Assembly (NCBI GenBank): GCA_036785375.1
Contig: JAWMAR010000077.1
Coordinates: forward strand, 1,364,001-1,428,000
Reading direction: 5' to 3'
Origin: Leucoraja ocellata
Lineage: Eukaryota
Length of the DNA stretch: 64,000 nucleotides
Below are positions 36,950-50,500 of the stretch, in pieces; the first letter of the stretch is position 1, and each line of letters opens with the position of its first letter. The notes beneath the pieces were generated by a model. The model had not been told where the DNA came from and did no database searches. It saw nothing but the letters and a program-made list of their open reading frames with translations. Made by a program: the position numbers and the translations under genes.

Positions 36950-38600
36950 GGTTTCACCCTGCATGAAATGGTATGAAGCTGCATTTGAATTTGGTGGCCT
37001 TGCACCCTGCTTGAAATGGAATTAAACTGCACTTGAATTTGGTGGCCTTGCACCCTGATTGAAGTGGAATGAAACTGCACTTGAATTTTGCGGCCTTGCC
37101 TCCTGCTTGAAGTGGTATGAAACTGCACTGAATTTGGTGGCCTTGCACCCTGCTGAAAGTAATATGAAACTGCACTTGTTCAAGTTCAAGTGAGTTTATT
37201 GTCATGTGTCCTTGTATAGGACAATGAAATTCTTGCTTTGCTTCAGCACACAGAACATAGTAGGCATTTACTACAAAACAGATAAGTGTGTCCATATACC
37301 ATAATATAAATATATACACACATGAATAAATAAAGCCAGGTTTAATAGCCTGATGGCTGTGGGGAAGTAGCTACTCCTGAACCTGGTTGTTGCAGTCTTC
37401 AGGCTCCTGTACCTTCTACCTGAAGGTAGCAGGGAGATGAGAGTGTGGCCAGGATGGTGTGGGTCTTTGATGATACTGCCAGCCTTTTTGAGGCAGCGAC
37501 TGTGATAAATCCCCTCGATGGAAGGAAGGTCGAGGCGATGATGAACTGGGCAGTGTTTATTACTTTGTGTAGTCTTTTCCTCTCCAGGGCGCTCAAATTG
37601 CCGAACCAAGCCACAATGCAACCGGTCAGCATGCTCTCTACTGTGCACCTGTATAAGTTAGAGAGAGTCTTCCTTGACAAACCGACTCTCCGTAATCTTC
37701 TCAGGAAGTAGAGGGGCTGATGAGCTTTCTTGATAATTGCATTAATGTTCTCGGACCAGGAAAGATCTTCAGAGATGTGCACGCCCAGGAATTTAAAGCT
37801 CTTGACCCTTTCAACTATCGACCCGTTGATTTGAATAGGGCTGTGGGTCCCCCTCCTACTCCTTCTAAAGTCCACAAACAGTTCCTTGGTTTTGCTGGTG
37901 TTGAGGGCCAGGTTATTGCGCTGGCACCATATGAGCAGTTGCTCGATCTCTCTTCTATACTCTGACTCATCCCCATCAGTGATACATCCCACAACAGTAG
38001 TGTCATCAGCGAACTTGCTGATGGAGTTGGCACTGTGACTGGCTACGCAGTAATGAGTATAGAGTGAGTACAGCAGGGGGCTGAGCACGCAGCCTTGAGG
38101 TGCTCCCGTGCTGATTGTTATTGAGGCTGACACATTTCCACCAATACGAACAGACTGTGGTCTGTGAATGAGGAAGTCGAGGATCCAATTGCAGCGGGAT
38201 GTGCAGAGACCCAGCTCTTCGGGTTTGGTAACCAGCTTGGAGGGGATGATTGTGTTAAATGCCGAGCTTTAGCCCATATGTGTTTTTGTTGTCCAAGTGG
38301 TCCAGAGCGGAGTGGAGGGCCAGCGAGATTGCATCCACCATTGATCTGTTGTGGGGGTAAGTGAACTGCAGTGGGTCCAGTTTTTTGTCGAGGTAGGAGT
38401 TGATTTGCTCCGCGATCAACCTCTCAAAGCACTTTATCACCACCGGCGTTAGTGCCACTGGTCGATAGTCATTGAATTTGGTGGCCTTGGATCCAGCTTG
38501 AAGTGGTTTGAAACTGCACTTGAATTCGATGGCCTTGCACCCTGCTTGAAATGGTAGGAACATGGATTTGAATTTGGTGGCCTTGCACCCTGCTTGAAAG
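36950..38600. repeat. 48-bp minisatellite split by a Rex1 insertion (36950-37178 and 38473-38600)
   Basis: Unit GAATTTGGTGGCCTTGCACCCTGCTTGAARTGG...AAACTGCACTT on both sides of the LINE. Confidence 0.85.
37179..38472 (-). mobile_element. Rex1/Babar-like LINE fragment
   Basis: [36 protein letters not shown]. Confidence 0.9.
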
Positions 38601-38798
38601 AGAATTTCAAGGAATAGTCACGAGTCAACTGCCAGCCCACCAGCCGTGAGTGAGCTGCCAGCAGATCAGGCTTGAGGAACTGAGCTGCCACCCCAAGAAC
38701 CCATACCAGCACTCCAGGAAGCCCCCCCACTGGCCACCAATATTGGAATTGGTGGAGGTGGAATATTGCGCCGGGGGACCAGCCCACCCGTGTGAACA

Positions 38799-38827
38799 TG
38801 GGACCCAACGGGTCCCACTTAGTCTAG
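38799..38827 (+). mobile_element. Helitron-type 3' terminus
   Basis: Hairpin TGGGACCC-AAC-GGGTCCCA, then CTAG six nt later, followed by T. Confidence 0.7.
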
Positions 38828-40483
38828 TTACTTTATAAAAGTTGAGAGAACAATCTGCGCATGCGCAGTTTTCAAGATATTTTGTTGAAAGCCGACTGAC
38901 CAAAGATACTGAATGCCTATCCTGACTATTTATTCACGGCACGTGCCTGATGCCTACTCAGGTATAGGGGCACCTGATAGATATGTTTCAATCTGCCAGC
39001 GTAGATGAGCTCACAAAACAGGCCGACATTGTCATGGAGCCAACCACTGCACTGCAGGTGACTGTGGTTAATGCAACAACAGTAAAGCCAGAAAATGCAC
39101 AGCAGGAACAGCACATTGAAGCGCTCACTGCGCAACTCGAGGCTTTGGCAGCCCAGCAGATCCATCCCCGTTTCAGGTTTAACGCAAACCTTGGGGGCCA
39201 GGGACGGGGCCGAGGCGACGCCCTACGCATTTGCTGGAAACACCGGAAATATGTTGCAGCGGCCCGGTCGTGTCAAACTCCTTGCTCTTTCTACAAATAT
39301 CAACACCCGGGAAACGACGAGGCCCGGCTGTAGAGGTGACAGCTGCTCGTGGGCAAACTTGCCACCGCCTTTTTCTCAGTGACCGCCTTTCGGGTATGCA
39401 TCTCATCGTCTCCGGCGCCGAGTTATCAGTCGTTCCTCCCAATTCCCAAGAGCGTTTTCACCCTAACCCTGATGCAAACAATTCTAGCATACAGACATTT
39501 GGTCAGAAATCAGTCATGTTCGACTGCAGAAAACGATAGTCGCAGTCGTGTCAAAACCCATTATCGGAGCGGATTTTCTTTCACACATTTCTATGCAGGT
39601 GGATTAATGCCCGACGTTGGTGACGTTGGATTATGGGCGAAGACTTGTCTACCAGGTCAACAATCCGAGAACTCCAGGCACTCCAGAACTAGGACCCCTT
39701 TCTGTGAGTTTCCTGTACCTAGGGCGGCCCACTCCCACCATCAAGAAACCACACATATCCGCTCACTTGTGAAGCCAAGTCAGTAGATAATCACAAGATG
39801 GCAAGATGCTATCCCAGTCATCAACATTTCAGTGGAAGCAATATCTCGCGCTTTTGTTGACCGATGGATTTCGGACTTTGGGGTACCAAGTACGAACACA
39901 ACAGACCGAGGACCGCAATTCGAGTCTGCGCTGTTTCAAACACTAACCAACCTCTTGGGTGCGAACCGAATTCGAACGACTGCGTATCATCCACAAACAA
40001 ATGGCCTAATTGAATGGCTCCAGTTGAAAGCCGCTCTGGCAGCCGGAGGAGAAACGTCAAACTGGAGTGAACGGTTGCCTCTGGTTCTGCTTGGCATTCG
40101 TACGGCGGTGAAAGCAGACCTAAGATGTTCGTTGGCAGAAATGGATTATAGCACAACTCTGAAGCTGCCTGGCGAATTTGTCGATGCAAATTCCACAGGC
40201 AGATCCTATGATCCAAGCAGATATGTCGATCAATTAGGCAAACTTTGCAGCTACTCAGGGCAACTGTGACATGGTGAACACCCACAATGGTCTACGTGCC
40301 TGCTGACCTCCAACGCTGCAACGTTTTGGTCCAACATGACCCATCCACTAACCTCTTCAACACGCATTCGATGGCCTTACCAAGTTATCCAAATGTTACC
40401 CAAAAGTTTTGTGATCTGTTGGAACGGAAAAACTGACATCGTATCCATCGACCGGTTAAAGTCAGCATTGGTCGAGAACCAAC

Positions 40484-43000
40484 CGCTACATCCCCCCCCC
40501 CCCCCCCCCCCCCCACCCCTCCAGAATCAGCGGTACGGAAATGCAGGGGTAACCGGACGGTTCGACCGAAACACGTAGTTCGAGGTCGCGAGGCGAGCGT
40601 AACATTTGGGGCCGGCAAAACAGAACCGGAGAGACGCGACAAATGCGAACGAGGGACGGGCGTAACAGGGGGGACCGGTGAAACATAACCGGGGGTAACA
40701 GGTGCAGAGGGCGGCAAAACGGCTGGCAGACGCCCCCAACGCCGTGGAGCGGTCACAGACACCGGGCTATCCTCGTCGACGCAGGCTGCTTAAGGCAGCT
40801 GACGGAGCCGAAACCTCCCTGCTACCCATGTCCAACGTGATAGTCGAGGAACCAGTCTCTTCCACCTTGTACGGTCCTTCGTACACCCGCTGTAACGGCG
40901 AGCGGTGAGCATCCCTATGAAGGAAAACATAAGCACAATCCCGTAACATAGTAGGCACATGCACCGCGGCCCACCCATGTCGGGAGGTGGGAACCGGGAC
41001 CAACGCGTGCCCGCTCGCGAAGGTCAACTAGACCGCCCAAGCTGGGACCTCCTGATCGCGAGTGGCGGGCAGAAAATCCCCAGGTACCCGCAAAACCGAG
41101 CCATAAACCAGCTCGGCCAAGGAGGCGTCGAGATCTTCCTTTGGCATAGTTCTGATGTCTAGGAGAACCCAGGGCAACTGGTCAACCCAATCGGGGCTGG
41201 TGAACCGGGCCTTCAATGCCGACTTAAGGTGTCTATGAAACAGCTCGACTAAATCATAGAAACATAGAAACATAGAAACATAGAAACATAGAAATTAGGT
41301 GCAGGAGTAGGCCATTCGGCCCTTCGAGCCTGCACCGCCATTCAATATGATCATGGCTGATCATCCAACTCAGTATCCCGTACCTGCCTTCTCTCCATAC
41401 CCCCTGATCCCCTTGGCCACAAGGGCCACATCTAACTCCCTCTTAAATATAGCCAATGAACTGGCCTCAACTACCCTCTGTGGCAGAGAGTTCCAGAGAG
41501 ATCCAGAGAAATCATTCGACTCCGGATGATACGCGATGGTCTGGTGCAACTTCGCGTCGTACAGCTGCACCATACCACACCGCACGGAGGACGTGAACTG
41601 GGCCGCACGATCGGTAGTGATATCTGAAGGAACTCCGACATGAGTGATCCAATTGGAGGCAATAGCGAGGGCACAAGCCTAAGCGGAGTTATCGGTTAAC
41701 GGTATCGCCTCCACCCACCTGTTGAACCTACCTACGATGGTTAGTAGGTGATTGGCCCCACGCGAACACGACAAGGGACCCACCAGGTCAACATGGATGT
41801 GCAGGAACCTGCCGACTGGAACAGCGAATTCCTGCACGGGCGGGTGCACATGCCTCTGCACCTTGGAGGTCTGACAGGGGATACAAGCGCGGGCCCATGC
41901 TGCGACCTGATTTCGTAACCCGTGCCAGACGAACTTGGAAGCAGCCAGGGCAGAGGTGGCATGGATGGACGGGAGACCTAGGCTGTGGATGGTGTCGAAA
42001 ATCCGACGCCTCCAGGCAATCGTGACGATCGGGTGGGCTTTACCCGTTGAGACATCGCAAATGACACGCAGCCTGCGGCGCCGCAAGGCACTTCAGTCAG
42101 CTTGAGACCCGATTCAGCATTGCGGTAAACCTCCATGCCGGCATCAGCCCTTTGGACCAAAGATCCTAGGCCGCTGCCAGCTCCGCATAATCCACATCTC
42201 GGCCGGACGGGACAGCGGGTCGGCCACAATGTTCAGCTTCCCCGCCACATGCCGAATGTCAAACATGAATTCGGATATGAAGGCGAGGTGCTGCTGTTGC
42301 CTGGCAGACCAGGGGTCGGACACCTTATTCAAGGCGAACGTGAGCGGCTTGTGGTCCGTGGATGCGGTGGACGAGCGGCCCTCTAGGAAATACCGGAAAT
42401 GTCGGATCGCTAGGTAAAGTGCGAGGAGCTCCCGATCGAAAGCGCTGTACTTGATCTCCGGGGCCGGCAGCTGCCTGCTGCAAAACGCCAGCGGCAGCCG
42501 ACTGTTACCTACCCGCTGCTCGACGTCCAATGCATCCATGGTGAGATGCCCTCGGGTGTACCAGCATGCCAGCGCGCTAGTAGCCCCCTCGAAAGCTATA
42601 CCGGCCTTCTTGGACCAAACCAGGTCATTGTGCTTGCCCACCAGACATTGGAACAACGGCCGCATGATGGCGGCTGCTGACAGGACGAATCGGTGGTAGA
42701 AATTGACCATTCTGATGAATTCCTGCAAGCCCTTGACGGATAGTGGCCTCGGGAAATGACGGATCGCGTCGACCTTCTCAGGCAGCGGTTGTGCGCCTTG
42801 GCAGGTTACCCTGTGACCTAAAAGGGAGATGGAGCGCAATCCAAACCGGCACTTCGCGGGGTTGATCACCAACCCATGCTTAGGCAGCCATTCAAAGAGC
42901 AGGCGGAGATGCCTAACGAGTTCAGTCTGCGAACTGCTGGCCACCAGAATATCATTGAGATAGATTAATCCAAACGGCAAACCCTCAGCCGTAGAGTTAT
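40484..43000 (-). mobile_element. Second Mag-type Gypsy relic (RT, RNase H, integrase, PPT)
   Basis: IYLNDILVAS, YSAFDRELLA, TDHKPL, HIHVDLVGPL; G-rich PPT followed by TGTAGCGG on the minus strand; CR1 tail inserted at 41255-41499. Confidence 0.85.
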
Positions 43001-43280
43001 GTGCATGTAATCCTAGATCCCTCTGCTTACTCAACACTCCCAGGGTAGTACCCTGCCAGCTTTACCAAATATTTATCAATTTTTCTCTTTTGATTATTTT
43101 CTATAGCGTCCTATTTTTCTATAGCGTCCTACCAATAATAACTCTTAAACCAACTGGCGTAATTCCCCAACTTTTGTTTTTTGAACAAGTTACATTTGCT
43201 GTTTCCTAATCTTCTGGTACCCACCCAGAGTTTATCAATTTATGAGATGTTTCAACCAATGGATTTTCCATCTCTGTAGT

Positions 43281-43574
43281 CATAGAAACATAGAAACATA
43301 GAAATTAGGTGCAGGAGTAGGCCATTCGGCCCTTCGAGCCTGTACAGCCATTCAATATGATCATGGCTGATCATCCAACTCAGTATCCTGTACATGCCTT
43401 CTCTCCATACCCCCGATCCCTTTAGCCACAAGGGCCACATCTAACTCCCTCTTAAATATAGCCAATGAACCTGCCTCAACTACCTTCTGTGGCAGAGAAT
43501 ACCAGAGGTTCACCACTCTCTGTGTGAACAATGTTTTCCTCATCTCGGTCCTAAAAGATTTTCCCCTTATCCTT
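43281..43574 (-). mobile_element. CR1-like LINE 3' end
   Basis: Conserved 3' UTR and tail. Confidence 0.85.
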
Positions 43575-44082
43575 TGTCACCTCCTTTGAACCCCCAGCAC
43601 GCAGTCTGCTTGTTCCTCATTGATTATCTGCTTTTAGCCCGTCATTCCCTCCAATACTTTATCACTTGCGATTGGTATTTTGTATGTACTACAGTGTATA
43701 CTGTATAGGACATGGATGATGCTTTTTTCTCGTTGAATCGGAAGTCTTTGGAGTTCTCCTGCACAAAGGGCGGTGGTAAACCTGCAGCAGCTGGTTTAGG
43801 TTCCGTGGGCCATGTGGTGGGGAGGGGGAGTGGAGATCCGGAGTGGCATTTAATGATGCGCCAGAATAGTAATGAGAGGCTACACATCATCGCACCAAAT
43901 GGAACCGGTAGCTTGTGTGAACTATGAACTTATGACTCTCTCCAACATGCTCCGTGCTTATTTCACATTTTAATCACCTGCGTTTTTCGCGTCAGTACTC
44001 GACTGGAGCGGCGGCGGCTGTGAGATCAAACGCCAGCATCTTAGTCGCCTGGCTGAACGCCATCACCCTCCAATTCCTCAAC

Positions 44083-44550
44083 ATGAAGCCGGTCGTGGCT
44101 GTCATTTTATTTATCTCCTTTTTCGGTCAGTAGTATTAATGTTAACGCCAATTTTCATGAGCCTTTTGCTGTCCCCTTATGAAACAGTTCGATAACTTTG
44201 TGCTTTTTTCTCTCCCCCCCCCCCCCCCCCCCTCCCAAGCAGGTAAATCGGCGCCCCAAACATTGATACAGTCCCAGTTATCGATCACCAAAGATGCCAC
44301 GAAATCTGTGCGCTTTCACTGTGAAGTTAAAAACATAGCGTTCAGCGGAGCTGTTATACATTGGTACCGGCAGAGGCAGGGAGAAGGGCTGCAGCGGCTG
44401 CTGTATTTTAAAACGCCATCGGACCAACAGAAGGACGTGACCGACCAAAGGTTATTTGTTGAAAAAGTTATTGAAACTAAATCGTGCACTCTGATCTTGA
44501 AGACCATCCGGGCGAACGATGCTGGTACATATTACTGCGCTTACTGGCAA
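44083..44550 (+). CDS. TRGV: TCR gamma V segment V5 (leader 44083-44125, intron 44126-44242, V exon 44243-44550)
   Basis: Leader MKPVVAVILFISFF; intron gtcagt...aagcag; LIQSQLSITK, FHC, IHWYRQR, DAGTYYCAYW in an open frame. Confidence 0.92.
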
Positions 44551-44589
44551 CACGGTGGCCGACAGCGGCGGGGAACCAGTACATAAACT
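44551..44589 (+). other. 23-RSS of V5
   Basis: CACGGTG + 23 nt + ACATAAACT. Confidence 0.9.
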
Positions 44590-45364
44590 CAACATACCAA
44601 TGTTATCCATTGTGCTCGTTTAACTTGTTCAAAAACAATTAACAGGTGTGGTGCATGCATATCTCCGTCTAAGGTGAACGCAGATGTTCAAAATGTGAAA
44701 CAAGCACGGAAAATGATTCAATCATGGCGGATGTATCTATCCTTCTCAAAACCATTCTCCTGCCTTCTCCCGCATAACCTTTGACACCCTTACTAATCAA
44801 GAATATGTCAAGCTCTGCTTTAAAAATACCCAATGACGGCTTCCGCAGCCGTCTGTGGTAATGAATTCCGCAGATTCACCACTGGAGTACCCGGAAAAAC
44901 ATATGTGGCCACTAAAGAATTTCCTCCTCCTCTCCCTTCTAAAGGTACGCCATTTTATTCTGAGGTTGTACCCTCTGGTCCGAGATTCACCCACGAGTGG
45001 AAACATCCTCTCCACATCATTTTCCCATGGCTATCATATAAACCCACTGACTCCCATGGCTATCTGGACTACACTTCTTCCCACCCTACTTCCTATAAGG
45101 ACTCCATCCCCTACTCCCAATTCCTCCGTCTACTCCGCATCTGCTCCCAGGATGAGGCATTCCACACCAGGGCATCTGAAATGTCCTCATTCTTCAGGGA
45201 ACGGGGGTTCCCCTCCTCCACCATAGATGAGGCTCGCACCAGGGTCTCTTCCATACCCCGCAACACTGCTCTCTCTCCCCATCCCCACACTCGCAACAAG
45301 GGCAGAGCCCCTTAGTCCTCACCATTCACCCCACCAGCCGTCACATACAACAAATAATCCTCCG

Positions 45365-47541
45365 TTTAATCAAGGCAGGGGACGATATGGACAAATAATT
45401 TCCTTTTATTACTTCACAGAGAACACCCGAAGATAAGGGAAGAAACACCATTCTCTAAAAGTTTAAAATGGAAGAGCATTTCCACGTGCGCTGGTCTAGA
45501 CACCTTATCTCCTTTGGACGCTTTGGAATTCAACTCAAGGACATTCTTTGTTCAAAATGAAGGAAAGACTGATAAGCAATGCAGAGACGAACAGCAGAGC
45601 CGAATGTGGAATACATCACAAGGACAAATGGCGGTTTAAGATCTTAAAATAGCTTTACAAAATATAGAGAATTAACAATAATTATCAATACTAATATAGA
45701 AATATAAATGGAAACTAACCTGAACTATATAATGGGCAAAATGTAATAATGTGCTAAAAAGACTGACTAGCTCGTATATAGAGATAACAAATTTTAGAAT
45801 TAAAGTAGATAATACTGAAAGTTTAAGTGCTATGTAGCTTGTGTGGGGAAGGGAGGAGACTCAGGCACCTGGCATAATTCCAGGAGCCTGTTTCTGGTTA
45901 ACCCTTACAGCTAACAGCTTACTATTATCAAAGGTATAACTAATTATAAATAATTAGTAAATGAAAGTGTTAGATAAATAAATTTCACAGTAGCTGAACA
46001 CAGATTTGATAAGTCTAAAATGAAATATTAATGGGTGTAATTGGGTGAAATATAATTGATTTTGAAATGGTACCGCCCTCCTAGGTTTAGAGTAATAAAG
46101 GGCGCGGAGCTAATTGTACAACATCAACTTCGGAAGTCGAATAGATGTCGAATCCCACAGATGCGTGGGACACGCACTACAGTGTCGAATACTCCAGACA
46201 CTGTAATTTTACTTGTTCAATTTTTTTAAAAATCACAATATGTCACTACTATGTGTTTTTTTTTCAAGGACAATCGCAAAAGGGATCTACTAAGGAAGTT
46301 AGTAATATAAACGCCCCCCAAATATCCAGAGTCCTGAGGTATGGATGCACCGTAATAAATAAGGATATTAAAATCAGAGAAAATGCAAGATGATAAACAA
46401 AAGAAAATGGGAGGAATCACACGGTGTAGCTGGAATATAAGGGGTATTAATGAACCAATTAAAAGGGGCAAAATACTAGCTCAGTTGAAATCATATAACA
46501 CGGACATTACTTTTCTACCAGAAACGCATCTTAAACATCAAGATCAGATGAGATTGAGGGCGAATTGGATAGGCCAAACATTTCACTCCTCATATACTTT
46601 GAAATCCAGAGGCACCGCAATTATTATTCGCAAAGGAATACCATTCAAATCAAAGAACACTGTATCAGATAAGGAAGGGAGATATCTTATAGTTACAGAA
46701 GAGATCCATGCTACGCCAATCACTTTGGTAAACATATATGCACCCAATTTTGATAATCTTCAATTTTTTAATAAAATCCTGAATATAATCCCAGAATTTA
46801 ACTACAAAAATGTTATAATTGGAGGAGACTTCTACTGTGTTTTAGATCCGTATTTAGATAAATCGATGCAAAAACAAAGAGGTAATATGAAATCTAAAAC
46901 TAGTGAACTGTTAAATACATATATAAACAATACAAATATAGCAGACTTTGGAGGATCGCGAATTCGACTGGCAGGGAATACTCATTTTATTCAATGGTAC
47001 ACAAAACATACTCACTTCCTAGTGGATACAAAACTAATCCCTTATACTATGAACCCTAAATATCACACCAATACGATTTCAGATCACTCCCCGCTAACTT
47101 TTGTTTTAAAATTAGAAGGAATGTCTACGAACAAATCGTTCTGGAGGTTTAACTCGCAAATTCTGAAAGACCCACAAGGGAGTATATATCTAAAAAAACA
47201 GATGGACCTATTTTTTTAGACAAACGATACACCAGATATATCAAAGGTATAACTAATTATAAATTGTAATTGTAATTGTAAATCTTTATTGTCATTTCCT
47301 GAGTATTCGCATACTCAGAGGAAACAAAAAAACGTTTCTCAACCAGTGTCCATTCAGTTTTCGTTACAAAATAAATAGCAATTAAAATTAAAATACATGT
47401 CATGAACAATTTAACCCTCTAATAACATTCAATAACATTCAACAGCCGTTCCGACTGTTATATATTATAATAATTAGTAAATGAAAGTGTTAGATAAGTA
47501 AATTTCACAGTAGCTGAACACAGATCTGATAAGTCTAAATG

Positions 47542-47583
<42 letters not shown>

Positions 47584-50500
47584 TAATTGGGTGAAATATA
47601 ATTGATTTTGAAATGGTACCGCCCTCCTAGGTTTAGAATAATAAAGGGAGCGAAGCTAATTGTACAACATCAACTTCGGAAGTCGAATAGATGTCAAATC
47701 CCACAGATGCGTGGGACATGCACTACAGTGTCGAATACTCCAGACACTGTAATTTTACTTGTTCAATTTTTTTTTAAATCACAATATGTCACTACTATGT
47801 GTTTTTTTTCAAGGACAATCGCAAAAGGAATCTACCAAGGAAGTTAGAAATATAAACGCCCCCCAAATATCCAGCGTCCTGAGGTATGGATGCACCGTAA
47901 ATCTGTCTGAAGAAGGGTTTCGGCCTGAAACGTCGCCTATTTCCTTCGCTCCATAGATGCTGCTGCACCCGCTGAGTTTCTCCAGCAATTTTGTGTACCA
48001 CCAGATATATCGCCCACTTTACTATGGGAATCCTTCAAAGCATTTATTAGAGGAGTCATTATCTCATATCAAGCTTTTCAAAACAAAAAGAATAAGAATG
48101 AACAAAGACAATTAGAAGAACAAATCAGACAACTAGATATAGATAATGCTAAAGATCCAACTATGGATAAACATAATAAAATTTGAATACTGAAATTTAA
48201 GCGAAGTAAATTATTGTCAGAGAATGTTATAAGATTATTCCAAATTACAAAACAAGAACATTTCGAATTTGGGGATAAACCCCATAAACTTTTAGCACGC
48301 CAACTGAAAAAAACGGGAAAAAGATCATGCAATTTTAAAGATTAAATCAGATAGAAGGGAATTAACACTACCTAATGATATCAATAAAAGATTTGCTCAA
48401 TTTTACAAGAATTTATACACATCGAAAACGCTAATAGACAATAATAAAGTTTCAGACTTTTTGGACAATTGTAACCTTCCAAAACTAGAACTGAAGGAAC
48501 AAGAGGAACTGGGAGCACAAATTACATCTAAGGAAATAGAAGACACAATAAACACACTTAAGAATGGAAAAACACCAGGACCAGACGGATTCAGTAATGA
48601 ATTTTATAAATGTATTTACGACATAGTTACACCACGTCTACAGAAAATGTATACATACGCTTTTAAAGAACAAATCTTACCTGAAACACTAGCAGAATCA
48701 ACGATCACATTAATACTTTAAAAAGATAAAGATATAGAAGAACCAGGCTCATATAGAGCTATTGCTTTCTTAAATACGGATCAAAAAATATTAGCGAAAA
48801 CACTAGCTAGAAGACTAAGTCAATATGTTAGTAAATTAATAAATGAGGATCAAACGGGATTTATACCTAAAAGACATTCATTTAATAACCTGAGACGTCT
48901 GCTTAACATAATGCACTCTCACAAACCTCAAGAACAAGAGTTATCTATCATTTCATAGGACGCAGAAAAAGTGTTTGATCAAGTAGAATGGGATTATATG
49001 ATTAAAGTATTGCAAAAATTTCAAATGGGAGAGAACTTCATCGCATGGATAAAATTATTATATAACAAACCCACGGCTAGAATATTAACTAATAATATAC
49101 TATCTATGAAATTCCAATTATCAAGGGACAATAGACAAGGATGTTCATTATCACCGCTGTTATTTGCTCTGGTAATTGAACCTTTAGCTGAAAAAGTCAG
49201 AACACACTCGGATATTTACGGTTATAATACAAAATACTCAAATAACAAAATATCCTTATACACAGACGATGTACTACTGTATATCACAAAACCCCAAATC
49301 AGTATACCAAACATATTAAATCTAATTGAGGACTTTGGATCTTTCTCAGGATACAGAATAAACTGGAACAAAAGTGAAATTATTTCAATAAAACCGAAAG
49401 ACTCAACACATCTCTTTAAATTCCCCTTTAAAATAGCCACAGAAAAATTTAAATATTTAGGAATTGAAATCACTAGAAACTATCACGCTATGTTTAATGC
49501 CAATTATAGCCCCTTACTTAAGAAACTAAATAATCTAATCAAATTCTGGAAAACGCTCCCAATGTCTTTAATAGGTCAAATAAATGCTATAAAAATGATA
49601 TTTTTTACCACAAATCCTATATTTATTTCAATCGTTACCTATATATCTTCCAAAAACGTTTTTCAAAAAGTAGACTCAGACATTACAAATTTTATATGGG
49701 ATTATAAATCCTACAGAATACAAAGAGCACACCTTAGTAAACCAAAAGAGATGGGTGGTCTAGCGCTCCCTAACTTTATGTACTATAATTGGGCAGTAAA
49801 TATTAAAAATATTATTCACCTGCTGGACAATTCTGCCCAGCAGGTGGACTGGATTGTAATGGAGAGAGAGGACTGCTCTCCGTGTAATACAGGAGCGATT
49901 CTCCTCTCACCAATGAATCTGAATAACAAAAATTATAATAAAAATCCAATGATACATGGCACAATTAGAACTTGGAAATAAATAAAACAGAATCTAAAAT
50001 TAAGAAATCTATCTCTGCTAATGCCAATAGTCAATAACCCGTTGTTTAAACCTTCAATTATAGATAAATCATTTACACAATGGGAAAGAATGGGAATCAA
50101 AACGCTCAGAGACTTGTATGAATTAGGAAAATTATTATCATTTCAACAATTACAACTGAAATATAATTTGAAAAATAATCAATATTTTAAATATCTTCAA
50201 ATCCGTGACTATCTGAAAAAATACACAAAAGACTATCATAACATGCCCCCAGACTTATTGGATGAAGCCATGAAGACAAAGGCTGAAGCAGCAAATCTAA
50301 TATCATACTTATACAATATTATTTTAAATATAGAAATACCTACAACCGATGGTATTAGAAGAGACTGGGAACAAGAACTAGCTATAAAAATTTCAAAAGA
50401 GAGCTGGGATAAACACTATATGTGCATAAATGCTCGATCAATGTATGATATACTCTAATTCAATTTAAAACATTACATAGATTATATTATTCAGAAACTA

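Larger units (their letters stand above)
35020..38949. mobile_element. hAT-like non-autonomous DNA transposon with nested cargo, inserted in Gypsy gag
   Basis: Perfect 14-bp TIRs CAGGCACGTGCCGT / ACGGCACGTGCCTG; 8-bp TSD ATGCCTGC (35012-35019) / ATGCCTAC (38950-38957). Confidence 0.85.
34279..40480 (+). mobile_element. Mag-type Gypsy LTR retrotransposon relic (5' LTR 34279-34546, PBS, gag, protease, integrase; RT not seen)
   Basis: TG...CA LTR with AATAAA, then TGGTGACC; gag TKFGCLVARLP continuing after the hAT insert as CWKHRKY...CQTPC; SGAELSVVP; integrase TDRGPQFES, TTAYHPQTNG, VSIDRLK. Confidence 0.82.
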
